A stretch of DNA of 24,942 nucleotides from positions 1 through 24,942 of the IMG/VR virus record IMGVR_UViG_3300012665_000085; one strand, 5' to 3'. A model generated the notes under the pieces. It saw nothing but the letters and a program-made list of their open reading frames with translations, was not told where the DNA came from and ran no database searches. This DNA comes from a virus. Taxonomy: Duplodnaviria; Caudoviricetes. Shown here piece by piece: positions 17,109 through 24,942 of the stretch. How positions within the stretch are numbered: position 1 is the first letter of the stretch; each line of letters opens with the position of its first letter. Made by a program: the position numbers and the translations under genes.

Positions 17109-17176
17109 ACTTACCTCTATTCCTGCCGTTAAACGGTTCTAGGAGTACTTAATAATAGATTCGGCCTGTGTTAGGC

Positions 17177-17410
17177 TTATGAACCCTGCTTTTGTTCGCT
17201 ACGTAGCTTTTCAGCCCGTTTGCGTACCCATGCGTCACTAGCTGTGGGATAATCGCCACTACACCCATCTAGCTTCATCATAGGCATTGACATAATACGT
17301 TTGGCCTCTAGACCACAGGTGTCACAAGTGACAGTCTGAGTTCCTTCTTCCACGTACTTGTCAGTGATATGAGACTGTTCACACTTGAATTCGTAGATTC
17401 TGCGAGACAT
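17177..17410 (-). CDS. FmdB-like zinc-ribbon protein, 77 aa
   Basis: IYEFKCEQSH...CDTCG...KRIMS, giving Cx3H plus CxxC Zn ligands. Confidence 0.75.
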   Translation of the reverse strand: MSRRIYEFKCEQSHITDKYVEEGTQTVTCDTCGLEAKRIMSMPMMKLDGCSGDYPTASDAWVRKRAEKLRSEQKQGS

Positions 17411-17412
17411 AT

Positions 17413-17664
17413 TTATTGCTCCTCAGAATTCAAATCTTCGTATGCTTGCTCATACAGGCCTTTCAGCCCTAAAATCCAATTCAAGTTGTCCACTTGGCCT
17501 TGACGAAAGTACAGTTGTTGTGCGTCAGTTACCGAAGTGATATCACTAAAACTGTCTTTAATCTTCTTAACGTCTTCCATAAGCGTCTTCCACCCCGGCG
17601 TAGCCATCATGGAAAAGGCATCTTCGTAATAAGTTTGTAGCTCGTGTGTGAGTTCTTTGTCCAA
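17413..17664 (-). CDS. Hypothetical head-region protein, 83 aa, TTG start
   Basis: An in-frame TAG four codons upstream makes the TTG the first possible start. Motifs are ELQTYYE...TPGWKTLMED...LYFRQGQ. It is the first gene after the promoter. Confidence 0.7.
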   Translation of the reverse strand: MDKELTHELQTYYEDAFSMMATPGWKTLMEDVKKIKDSFSDITSVTDAQQLYFRQGQVDNLNWILGLKGLYEQAYEDLNSEEQ

Positions 17665-17698
17665 GAGGAGAACCTATAAGTAGTAATAATAGGCTCTT

Positions 17699-17727
17699 AA
17701 TGTACACTATTTTTTATCGTTTGTCAA
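17699..17727 (-). promoter_or_regulatory. Sigma70-type promoter driving the scaffold/capsid/tail genes
   Basis: The minus strand has TTGACA (17727-17722), a 17-bp spacer and TACATT (17704-17699), with A-tract UP-element-like sequence upstream. It lies in the longest intergenic gap of the window. Confidence 0.8.
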
Positions 17728-17771
17728 GTGTTTTGTTACCTTTTTGTGCAAATAATTGCATTTTTTAGTAC

Positions 17772-20700
17772 TTATGCTGTCAAACCTATGATGAGCTTAG
17801 CGCTATCAGCTGTAGTTTTTACTGTTTCGCCCATGCTGTTGGCAGTAGTTACAGCTGTTTTGGCTGTATCCCAAGTAGCTAGGGCAATGGCTTTCTTGTC
17901 TGGCTCACTGATAGTTGCTGTTTGCTGTGTCCAAGGAGCAGTTTGAAGCACAATACCTGAAGCATTCCTTTTTGTTGGTGTATACGCTGGATTAAGAGCA
18001 TAGACGGAAGGGGCTACTTGGAAGTACAAAGGAATTAAAATACCTAACTCGTTTGTAGTAGTTATTGCCTCATTTACTTTAGCGTAAAATACAGGGGATG
18101 TAATATAGATACCGCCTTGTCTAATAGTAAAACCTTCAGTACTTCCAGCAAAGATTGAAACCTGCGCTGGTAATGCGCCGTATACAACTGTGTAGTAGTG
18201 CAGTCCATTCAAGACTTCTGCAGGAGAATAGCTACGTAAGTCTGCACCTACTGACACTGCAAGCTCTTGACCAACAAGACCTGTGGTTATCTGTGTTGCA
18301 ATATAATTTCTACTAGTAGTACCCAGCGTTGTATCTACGTTAGTCTCTGGAATTAACGATGTAGTGAATGTGTTAAAGTCTGAAGCTACGGGGTAATACA
18401 ACTTTCGCTGGTATCCGTAAGCTACAGCGTATACAGCAAATGTATCTCCTGCTGAAACCTCTACAGTTCTAGCAGTATTTTGTACTACCCAACCCAAGTC
18501 TACACCGCCGTTTTTAGTAACATAAGTAGACAAAGCAAGGTTATCAGGTGTTCTAAAGGTGGCTATACCCACAACACGTACTCTAGCACCAGCAGTAAAG
18601 AACGGCGAAGTACCAGCCTTAATCACTTTAACATCTGCTGTTCCGCTGTTACTAATTGTGCCAGTAATAGTACTGTTAGTAATGGTTGCAGTATATTCAT
18701 AAGGATCACTATTGTTGTAAGTCAAGTTACCTGTGATAGTCATACCAGATAAATCACTTGGGACAAGCTGAATCACATTAGCTGTAATAGCTGTATTACC
18801 AAAGCTATATGGTATCGTGACAGGGCCTGAGCTAAACAATGCGCCTGTAATTGTCACCCCCGGACTTAGCCTGTCGCCACACCAGATCGATAGCGACGAA
18901 CCATTAAAAACAAACACATCACCTGTATCATTTAACTCTACGGGGTAGTCGCCAGCAGATGCGTTCGTACCTGCCTTAGTAATAATCCTTGCGTAAGATA
19001 TACCTGCGTTAGTTGTCTCGTAGTAAGCTGCATAGTCATACAGCGTATCCATATTAGGAAGAAACTCATAAGCTGCTACTGTGGCCTTAGTTGCCTGAGT
19101 AATAAACGAGTCAGCTACCAAAGTAACTGTTGTTGTCGTACTCGCAGCAGCTGGTGAGTGAGTCCCAGATTGGGATATAAACCCGTACCTAGCTACTTTC
19201 CAAGTCCAAGTGCCAGTTTGACCTGTGGTGTCTAGGGTGTAGCTAGTCCCGCTAGAAGCAACATACGCAACTTGCGTACCTGTGCCATTAGCTACATACA
19301 CCTGTGATCCAGCAGTTAAACCATTAATGTTTAACGAAGTAACAATACGCTTAGTGACATTGGCCCCTGTAGTTCCAATCGTACTGTTGTTTGTATTGAT
19401 AGTTACTGCGCCTGTTCCTGAGTTACTTACTGTCCCTGAAATACTACAGTTAGTTAATGTAATCGTAATAGGTGTATTGGTATTGTAAGTTAAGTTACCG
19501 CCGATAATTACACCAGTTAGGTTTGTAGGCGTTGCTTGAGATACGTTAGCTACAACTGTGTTGTTAGAGAACACTGCACCATTAGCAAGGGTCACTGCAC
19601 CTGTTGTAGTTAAACTTCCTGTAAAGGTAGATGCCTTAGCTGTGATTGTCGAGCCAGCAAAAACAAAAGGAGTAGCTGCTGTAGCGTCAATAATAACGTT
19701 GTAAGAACCAGCATCAATTACGTTAAATGAACGGGTGACGTATGGCGCTGTTTGCCCAGCAAAGTTTGTGTAGAGGTAGTACTTGGCGTAGTCATACATA
19801 TCTTGCGCTGTGTTAAGAGCAGTGTATGCAGCCACTGTAGCCATTGTGGTTTGGGTGATGGAGGTGTCTGTTAACAAAACAAAGCCTTGGTTTCTTGCAG
19901 TAGCGCCACCATAAACACCGTTAACTAGGGGGTATAGATTACTCAGCGAGTTAGACAGAACATAGTTATAGGCACAAGAATAAATGTTAAGGTTTTGCGA
20001 AGTAGCTGAATCGTTACCTCGATAATCTCTTACAAAAGTTGATGCTGTATCTTGCCAATAAATTGCGCTGATTATGTTTAAAGTAGGTGCAATACCACTT
20101 GCGGCTGTTGTTGCCGTGTAGGTTAGGTTGCCAGTTGTAGCAATTTCATAGCCTAATCCTGCGCCATAATTAGTTGGAGCACGAGAACCGTTGTTAGAAT
20201 CTCTCGCCCAAAACTTTACATCTTGAATTGCACCTGCTGAACCTGTTGCAGAAAGTGAAAGCTGGTTAACAAAGAGAACCTGTGAGCCAGTAGTACTTGC
20301 TAAATTTCCAGTTGGCACTAAAAGAGTATCTGAATAATTTACTAATTGAAAATATTTAAGGCTTGTTGCCGCTGTGCGGATAGATGCACTAGCACTTCCT
20401 AAACTTTGCAACCCAACATATTGAGCGTTATTAATTGCGTTGCTTGTGTTGATGTTAATTGCATTTGGCCCAGCAATAGCCGCATAGTTATTAATTGTTA
20501 AAGCGTTATTAGCTACTCGCAAAGAAATACCAACGCTGGTGTAATTGTTTATTGTTAAGTTTGATGACGGATTAAAAACATAAAACAGAATGTTATTAGC
20601 ACCTGCTTGGCTGTTTAACAAAGCACCATATTGAAGTGTTGTTGTTCCTTCAAAACTACAAGTTAAAACTGAAGTGCCTAAAAGGTTAGCAAACTCAATG

Positions 20701-21311
20701 TTGCCTTCAAAAACTGAAGTAGAGCCTAGAACAGTTCCGATTAAACTTCCAGTTGTAGCAGAAAAAGAAGGAACTACTCCGTCAAAAATTATTGAGTAAT
20801 TTGGCGAACGATATGTGTATCCACCAGAAGTCTGAACAACTGAATTGTTAAAAGAGCCTGTTGCGCCAATAGTTAGGGTTGGAGGGGTTACAGCAGTTGT
20901 AACTAAGTTGGCTGGGTTGAGAAACCTAAGCCTGTTAGTCAGCCTGTTAATTGTTAAACTACCGTTAATAACAAGGGTTGCACTAGTAATTGTCCAAAGG
21001 TTTACGCTAGTTGTAACCCCCGGCACACCTGTAAGCGTTGACAAGCTAGTATCTGTACCAGTCTGAGTAATAACAGGGATGTTTGCTGATCTAGTGTAAG
21101 CAGAAGAAGTTACAGCAGTTGTAAATGGTCGGTCAATAGTGATGCTTGTGGTGCTAACAACAGTTGCGATTACACCCCATTGAGAGCCTACAACAAGGAT
21201 TGAGCCTACGTTAGCTGCTACAAATGCTGTACTGACACCTGTAACTACTGTGCTACCAGCTGCAATGGTAATTGTTCCTGCTCCCGCAGTTGTTCCTAAT
21301 GCAAATGCCAT
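17772..21311 (-). CDS. Large fibre/spike-like virion protein with an internal ~250-aa duplication, 1179 aa
   Basis: Thr/Ser/Asn/Gly-rich beta-solenoid-like sequence. The N-terminal GTITIAAGSTVVTGVSTAF...ITIDRPF resembles fibre N-terminal modules. Duplicated blocks include ITQxTxATVAAY...YDYAxYY and GNLTYN...GT(V/I)SNSGT. Confidence 0.65.
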   Translation of the reverse strand: MAFALGTTAGAGTITIAAGSTVVTGVSTAFVAANVGSILVVGSQWGVIATVVSTTSITIDRPFTTAVTSSAYTRSANIPVITQTGTDTSLSTLTGVPGVTTSVNLWTITSATLVINGSLTINRLTNRLRFLNPANLVTTAVTPPTLTIGATGSFNNSVVQTSGGYTYRSPNYSIIFDGVVPSFSATTGSLIGTVLGSTSVFEGNIEFANLLGTSVLTCSFEGTTTLQYGALLNSQAGANNILFYVFNPSSNLTINNYTSVGISLRVANNALTINNYAAIAGPNAININTSNAINNAQYVGLQSLGSASASIRTAATSLKYFQLVNYSDTLLVPTGNLASTTGSQVLFVNQLSLSATGSAGAIQDVKFWARDSNNGSRAPTNYGAGLGYEIATTGNLTYTATTAASGIAPTLNIISAIYWQDTASTFVRDYRGNDSATSQNLNIYSCAYNYVLSNSLSNLYPLVNGVYGGATARNQGFVLLTDTSITQTTMATVAAYTALNTAQDMYDYAKYYLYTNFAGQTAPYVTRSFNVIDAGSYNVIIDATAATPFVFAGSTITAKASTFTGSLTTTGAVTLANGAVFSNNTVVANVSQATPTNLTGVIIGGNLTYNTNTPITITLTNCSISGTVSNSGTGAVTINTNNSTIGTTGANVTKRIVTSLNINGLTAGSQVYVANGTGTQVAYVASSGTSYTLDTTGQTGTWTWKVARYGFISQSGTHSPAAASTTTTVTLVADSFITQATKATVAAYEFLPNMDTLYDYAAYYETTNAGISYARIITKAGTNASAGDYPVELNDTGDVFVFNGSSLSIWCGDRLSPGVTITGALFSSGPVTIPYSFGNTAITANVIQLVPSDLSGMTITGNLTYNNSDPYEYTATITNSTITGTISNSGTADVKVIKAGTSPFFTAGARVRVVGIATFRTPDNLALSTYVTKNGGVDLGWVVQNTARTVEVSAGDTFAVYAVAYGYQRKLYYPVASDFNTFTTSLIPETNVDTTLGTTSRNYIATQITTGLVGQELAVSVGADLRSYSPAEVLNGLHYYTVVYGALPAQVSIFAGSTEGFTIRQGGIYITSPVFYAKVNEAITTTNELGILIPLYFQVAPSVYALNPAYTPTKRNASGIVLQTAPWTQQTATISEPDKKAIALATWDTAKTAVTTANSMGETVKTTADSAKLIIGLTA

Positions 21312-21325
21312 TTATTTAATACCTT

Positions 21326-21967
21326 TTAACTGTAACTAATGGAAGACAGCGTTCCAGAAGTGTAGTTTAAATTCTTATTCAAAGAAATCCCTGAAGGGGT
21401 TGTCCCTGAAAGCGTGATAGTTGTAAGTATACCAGAAGAATACGTAAATGTCTTAGTTATTCCGTTAGCGTACACAATACTAGTTAAAATACCGCTTGTG
21501 TAGTTAAGGGTGGCTGAAGAAGCTGACAAGTTCTTACTTACAGTCTCAAAAGACTTCCCAACAACCGCAGCTATCAATTCCGCAGTGTCTTGGGTCTGCT
21601 TTAAGACTGTGAAAGAGTTTGAGCCTTTGTCGCTGCCGTTAAGCAGGTCAAGCTGGCCTACATCGATCTCTTTACCGTTAGAAAGGACAAGGATCAGGCT
21701 ATTATCAGCTGCAAAATAGGCATCTTTGATGGAAACACCTGTTTTACCGTCTTTACCGTCTACCCCGTCCTTGCCGTCCTTACCATCTTTGCCGTTATAC
21801 CCTGCTGAACCAGCTAAACCACGCTCTCCCTTGTCGCCTTTATCCCCTTTTTCGCCTTTAACGCCCTGTTCCCCATCTTTTCCTTGGAGAACAACAGTCG
21901 AAGACAGCTCATCTACCCTCTTTTTTAGAGAAGTTACAGCCTGAGCTAGGATTAAAGCCTTATCCAT
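21326..21967 (-). CDS. Collagen-like (Gly-X-Y) fibre protein, 213 aa
   Basis: About 16-17 uninterrupted Gly-X-Y triplets (GKD GEQ GVK GEK GDK ... GKT), then LILVLSNGKEIDVG and three C-terminal YxSGxLxxI repeats. It overlaps the portal stop by 8 nt. Confidence 0.8.
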   Translation of the reverse strand: MDKALILAQAVTSLKKRVDELSSTVVLQGKDGEQGVKGEKGDKGDKGERGLAGSAGYNGKDGKDGKDGVDGKDGKTGVSIKDAYFAADNSLILVLSNGKEIDVGQLDLLNGSDKGSNSFTVLKQTQDTAELIAAVVGKSFETVSKNLSASSATLNYTSGILTSIVYANGITKTFTYSSGILTTITLSGTTPSGISLNKNLNYTSGTLSSISYS

Positions 21968-23957
21968 TCATAACGCCTGTAAAAGCTTGGTCAGCTGCCT
22001 TCTTATTGTCCATCTGCATCATTGCAATCTTCTCGTTGGACTCAATATCCTTCTCTTTCAAGGCCAAATCAGCTAGTTTCAATCGGCGCTCGAAGTCTTT
22101 ACCCTCATTATCCTCATTGAGGTTGGTAGAAACAGCTGCGATGTACTTAGCTTCAGCAAGTTTAGGTGCAACTTCAGCCTCAATTTGAGCCTTTTGAGCC
22201 TCTGCTTGAGTTTTCTGTACCTGAGCCTGTTTAGCAGCCATATCGAGCTGCTGGGCCTGTTGCTGGGCTTGCTGAGCCTCTGGATTAGGCTGAGACATCT
22301 TATCCAACTCAGCAATCATCTCGTGACGGTTGCTCAGAGAGCTATTGCCTAGGATACCCTTCAAGATAATAGGCAAAACAGGGGTATCTGGGCCTAGAGT
22401 CTGCAACAGAGCGATAAACTGCTGCTGCTCGTACTCACGGGCGATGATACCCAAGGTAGCTGTGGGTACAAAGTTCATGTCAACTGAGGGATAGCGCTCA
22501 GGATCGAACTGCATGTAACGGAAAGCAGCCTTCTGGATGAATGGGATCAGGAAGTCCTCTTGGAAGTTAGACAAGGTGCGCTTGTACTTCTTGATGATGC
22601 CAGCCATGACCATAGACATGCCGTTTCCGCCAGCATCCCGTGGGGATTGGGATGGTTGACCAGCTGAGTCGATAGTGCCTGTAGCTTGGAGGAGCATACG
22701 CTCGAAGTTCTGGGCTGAAGTAGCGGCTGAACCATCTGTAGAACCGAACTTGAAAGGGTACAGGATCTCGCTAGGAGCGCCGTTAGTCAGAATGGCCTTA
22801 CCGGGCTTAACTTCGAATTTAGCGCCTCTAGGGAGCCTTGTAGCGTCCATAGCGATCATAGGAGCTGTTGTGAGGGCTAGAGAGTCCATGTGAGCACGCA
22901 ACTGACCATCAATTGCCTTCTGCATGTTGTAGGCCTTCTCTACAGTGCCACGACCATGAAAGCGTCCGGGAACAGTATCATCCTGATAAGCCATCACAGG
23001 ACGATCCTTCATCATGTATGGGTTAGGCTCTGCCTTGAGAAGCAAGGAATCGTTAGCGATAACGATGATAGCCTCTACTAGGTTACAGTACTCGTCTGCC
23101 TCTGAGCCTTCAGGGAACAGCTCTTCGTACTCATTCTCGTCCACACCGTCCAAGTACTCTTTAGGAACCAAGCCGTAGTAAGTCATCAATTTGACTTTGT
23201 TGTCTTGGAAGTTCTTTAGTTCTTGGGTGGCCTCTAAGGAGTCATCCTCGTAGGAGGAGCCAATGTCAACCTTCTTGTAGACACCTCGCTCGATACCCTC
23301 AACGATCTTGTGGATAGATACGTACTTCTCAATGGCTACGCCTAGGGCATCCTCAATTGAGTCAGCGTTAGGGTCGATAAGGAAGTTCTTAGGGTTAACT
23401 GGCTTGAGTTTGACTGATACACGATCCTTCTCTTCCACGCCGATAGCAGCTTGGCCTGAAATGCCGGGGATTGGCTGAGTAGCTGGTACGTACTCTTTCT
23501 CCATCTTGACGATGAGTTCACCGATACCTGTACCGTAGATCTCAGCCATCAGCTCGATCTGGTCGATAGCCTTACGGATCTTGTCCTTGTTGAAGTCCTC
23601 ATTGAGCTGGCCTTTGATCATAGCTACGTCTAGGGGGCTACCGTTAACGTCCTTGATGTCATCTTTGATATCGAAGTACTCACCCTGACCGAAGATAGCT
23701 TCCATGATCTCAGCGTGGCGAGTCTCAACTGCTTGCTGAGTTGCAGGGGAAATGATTCGAGATCTTTCCGACTCACGGGTCTTATCTTCCATAGCCCACT
23801 GACCACGGAAGATACGCTCGTACTCTTCCCAAGCATCCATGAAGTTAGCATCGCGGTAATCACGCCAACGATCACAGTGATCAGTTACAAAGGCTACTAG
23901 CTCCTTGTCAGCTTCTGTAGGCTCGTCCCACTCAGGTGCGTTATTCATATCTTCCAT
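21960..23957 (-). CDS. Portal protein (P22-like), 665 aa
   Basis: Directly follows terL. It has IYGTGIG, NFLIDPNA, GRFHGRGTVEK and a C-terminal Gln/Ala-rich helical barrel region. Confidence 0.88.
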   Translation of the reverse strand: MEDMNNAPEWDEPTEADKELVAFVTDHCDRWRDYRDANFMDAWEEYERIFRGQWAMEDKTRESERSRIISPATQQAVETRHAEIMEAIFGQGEYFDIKDDIKDVNGSPLDVAMIKGQLNEDFNKDKIRKAIDQIELMAEIYGTGIGELIVKMEKEYVPATQPIPGISGQAAIGVEEKDRVSVKLKPVNPKNFLIDPNADSIEDALGVAIEKYVSIHKIVEGIERGVYKKVDIGSSYEDDSLEATQELKNFQDNKVKLMTYYGLVPKEYLDGVDENEYEELFPEGSEADEYCNLVEAIIVIANDSLLLKAEPNPYMMKDRPVMAYQDDTVPGRFHGRGTVEKAYNMQKAIDGQLRAHMDSLALTTAPMIAMDATRLPRGAKFEVKPGKAILTNGAPSEILYPFKFGSTDGSAATSAQNFERMLLQATGTIDSAGQPSQSPRDAGGNGMSMVMAGIIKKYKRTLSNFQEDFLIPFIQKAAFRYMQFDPERYPSVDMNFVPTATLGIIAREYEQQQFIALLQTLGPDTPVLPIILKGILGNSSLSNRHEMIAELDKMSQPNPEAQQAQQQAQQLDMAAKQAQVQKTQAEAQKAQIEAEVAPKLAEAKYIAAVSTNLNEDNEGKDFERRLKLADLALKEKDIESNEKIAMMQMDNKKAADQAFTGVMNG

Positions 23958-23974
23958 TTAGTTCCCTTATAGGC

Positions 23975-24942
23975 TTAGTAGCCAGCTATAACATCCATTA
24001 CTTCGTAATCATCATCTTCGTAGTCAGTATTGTACGAAGTGACAGCCAATTGGTCAATGTAGGACAATGAGTCCATCAAGTCATCATGCACCCCTGTAGT
24101 AGGGAACATCATGTACTGATCCTCGAAGTCTTTCCACTTCTTATCTTTATTTAGAGAGATACGACCATGCTCAAACCTACCCTGTAAAGCCCAGACAACC
24201 CTGTCAGTCTTCTTTTTGTTGCCGTGTGTCAAGTCAGAGATATGACAGTAAACGTTGTTTTTACGCATCAAGTCTTCTAGGTACGGAGCTACTGCATTCT
24301 TCAACGCCCCTCTCTCGATACCCACAGCGATAGGCTGGTGTTCCTTCACAGCAAGGAGAATCTTGGAGGCAGTCTCCCTGATGTCCCACCTACCATGGAT
24401 GATGTCCTTAACCCACCAGTTACCGTCCTCTGAGACTTTAACTATTGAGATAGCTGATTCATCTAGGCGCTTCTTAGCTGCCCCTGCACTCTTAGCTACA
24501 TCCTCAAATCCAGCTAAGTCGATAGCTATCACGTAGTCACCGTACTGAGGCTCAGCCCTATACTTCAACCATTCCTCTTTGAATAGGTCAGCACCAGCTG
24601 AGTCAAAGGAAGACAGGTATTCCTGCTTGAAGGCAAAGGAGCTTAGAGTCCTCTCAGCTGCATCGATCTCCTTAGGATCGATAGTCTCGTTGTCCCTAGT
24701 CGTGTAGTGCCATGACTGCCACTCTTCGTCAGTACCTTCCTGACCTAGGTTAAAGACATCGAAGAACCAGTTACGTCCGCTAGGTGTGGAGATGAACAGC
24801 GCTCTACCCTTCTTGTCTGACAGGGAAGCTCGGATGATCTTCTGCCACGTGTCTTCCTTAATAAAGGCACACTCGTCTAAGACGACATAGGTGAGTGAAA
24901 CACCACGTAGAGAGTCAGGATTATCAGCACCTCGAACAAGTA
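23975..24942 (-). CDS. terL: Terminase large subunit; 5' end lies outside the window
   Basis: The frame is open from 24940: GADNPDSLRG, Walker B YVVLDE, coupling motif ISTP and FKQEY. The RNase H-like nuclease domain has IAIDLAG, IE and HDDLMDSL. The ORF-track start at 24568 is internal. Confidence 0.95.
   Translation of the reverse strand, partial: LVRGADNPDSLRGVSLTYVVLDECAFIKEDTWQKIIRASLSDKKGRALFISTPSGRNWFFDVFNLGQEGTDEEWQSWHYTTRDNETIDPKEIDAAERTLSSFAFKQEYLSSFDSAGADLFKEEWLKYRAEPQYGDYVIAIDLAGFEDVAKSAGAAKKRLDESAISIVKVSEDGNWWVKDIIHGRWDIRETASKILLAVKEHQPIAVGIERGALKNAVAPYLEDLMRKNNVYCHISDLTHGNKKKTDRVVWALQGRFEHGRISLNKDKKWKDFEDQYMMFPTTGVHDDLMDSLSYIDQLAVTSYNTDYEDDDYEVMDVIAGY

Noticed and set aside
10540-21311. 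Diversity-generating retroelement or invertible cassette acting on the fibre genes
   Set aside because: There is no reverse transcriptase or recombinase in the window, and I saw no near-identical DNA repeat pair differing only at adenines. The repeats are old and visible mainly at protein level.
2758-24536. Many 60-130 aa plus-strand ORFs opposite the structural genes
   Set aside because: They are antisense shadows of long minus-strand genes with no recognisable motifs, which is expected from codon bias.
1-24942. Stop-codon reassignment, or tRNA genes
   Set aside because: Genes tile the window densely in the standard code using TAA, TAG and TGA stops, and no intergenic gap shows a tRNA cloverleaf.
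1-24942. High frequency of AGCT as a signal
   Set aside because: It is adequately explained by heavy use of GCT/GCA alanine codons in Ala-rich structural proteins.

Overview
A 24.9 kb segment of a podovirus-like tailed dsDNA phage genome, made of two convergent arms that meet at a bidirectional intrinsic terminator (~1299-1340). The + strand carries the 3' part of a class II (adenosylcobalamin-dependent) ribonucleotide reductase and two small ORFs missed by the ORF track. The - strand carries a long morphogenesis and lysis region. Read from the right end it has: terminase large subunit (partial), portal, a collagen-like protein, a 1179-aa beta-rich fibre-like protein, an internal sigma70-type promoter, two small genes (one FmdB-like Zn ribbon), scaffold, major capsid protein, a terminator-like hairpin, a 462-aa repeat protein, two tail-fibre genes plus chaperone, small virion/membrane proteins, adaptor, tail nozzle, a 76-aa needle-position protein, three probable ejection proteins, a 3TM holin and an M15 peptidase endolysin. 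I see no clearly new biological system. The strongest unexplained signals are an apparent total absence of CCWGG alongside many CCTAGG/CTAGG words, a fibre cassette with AT-rich stretches between portal and scaffold, a novel-looking three-repeat protein after the capsid gene, and structured leaders on the scaffold and capsid genes. All product calls come from motifs and synteny read by eye, not from database searches.
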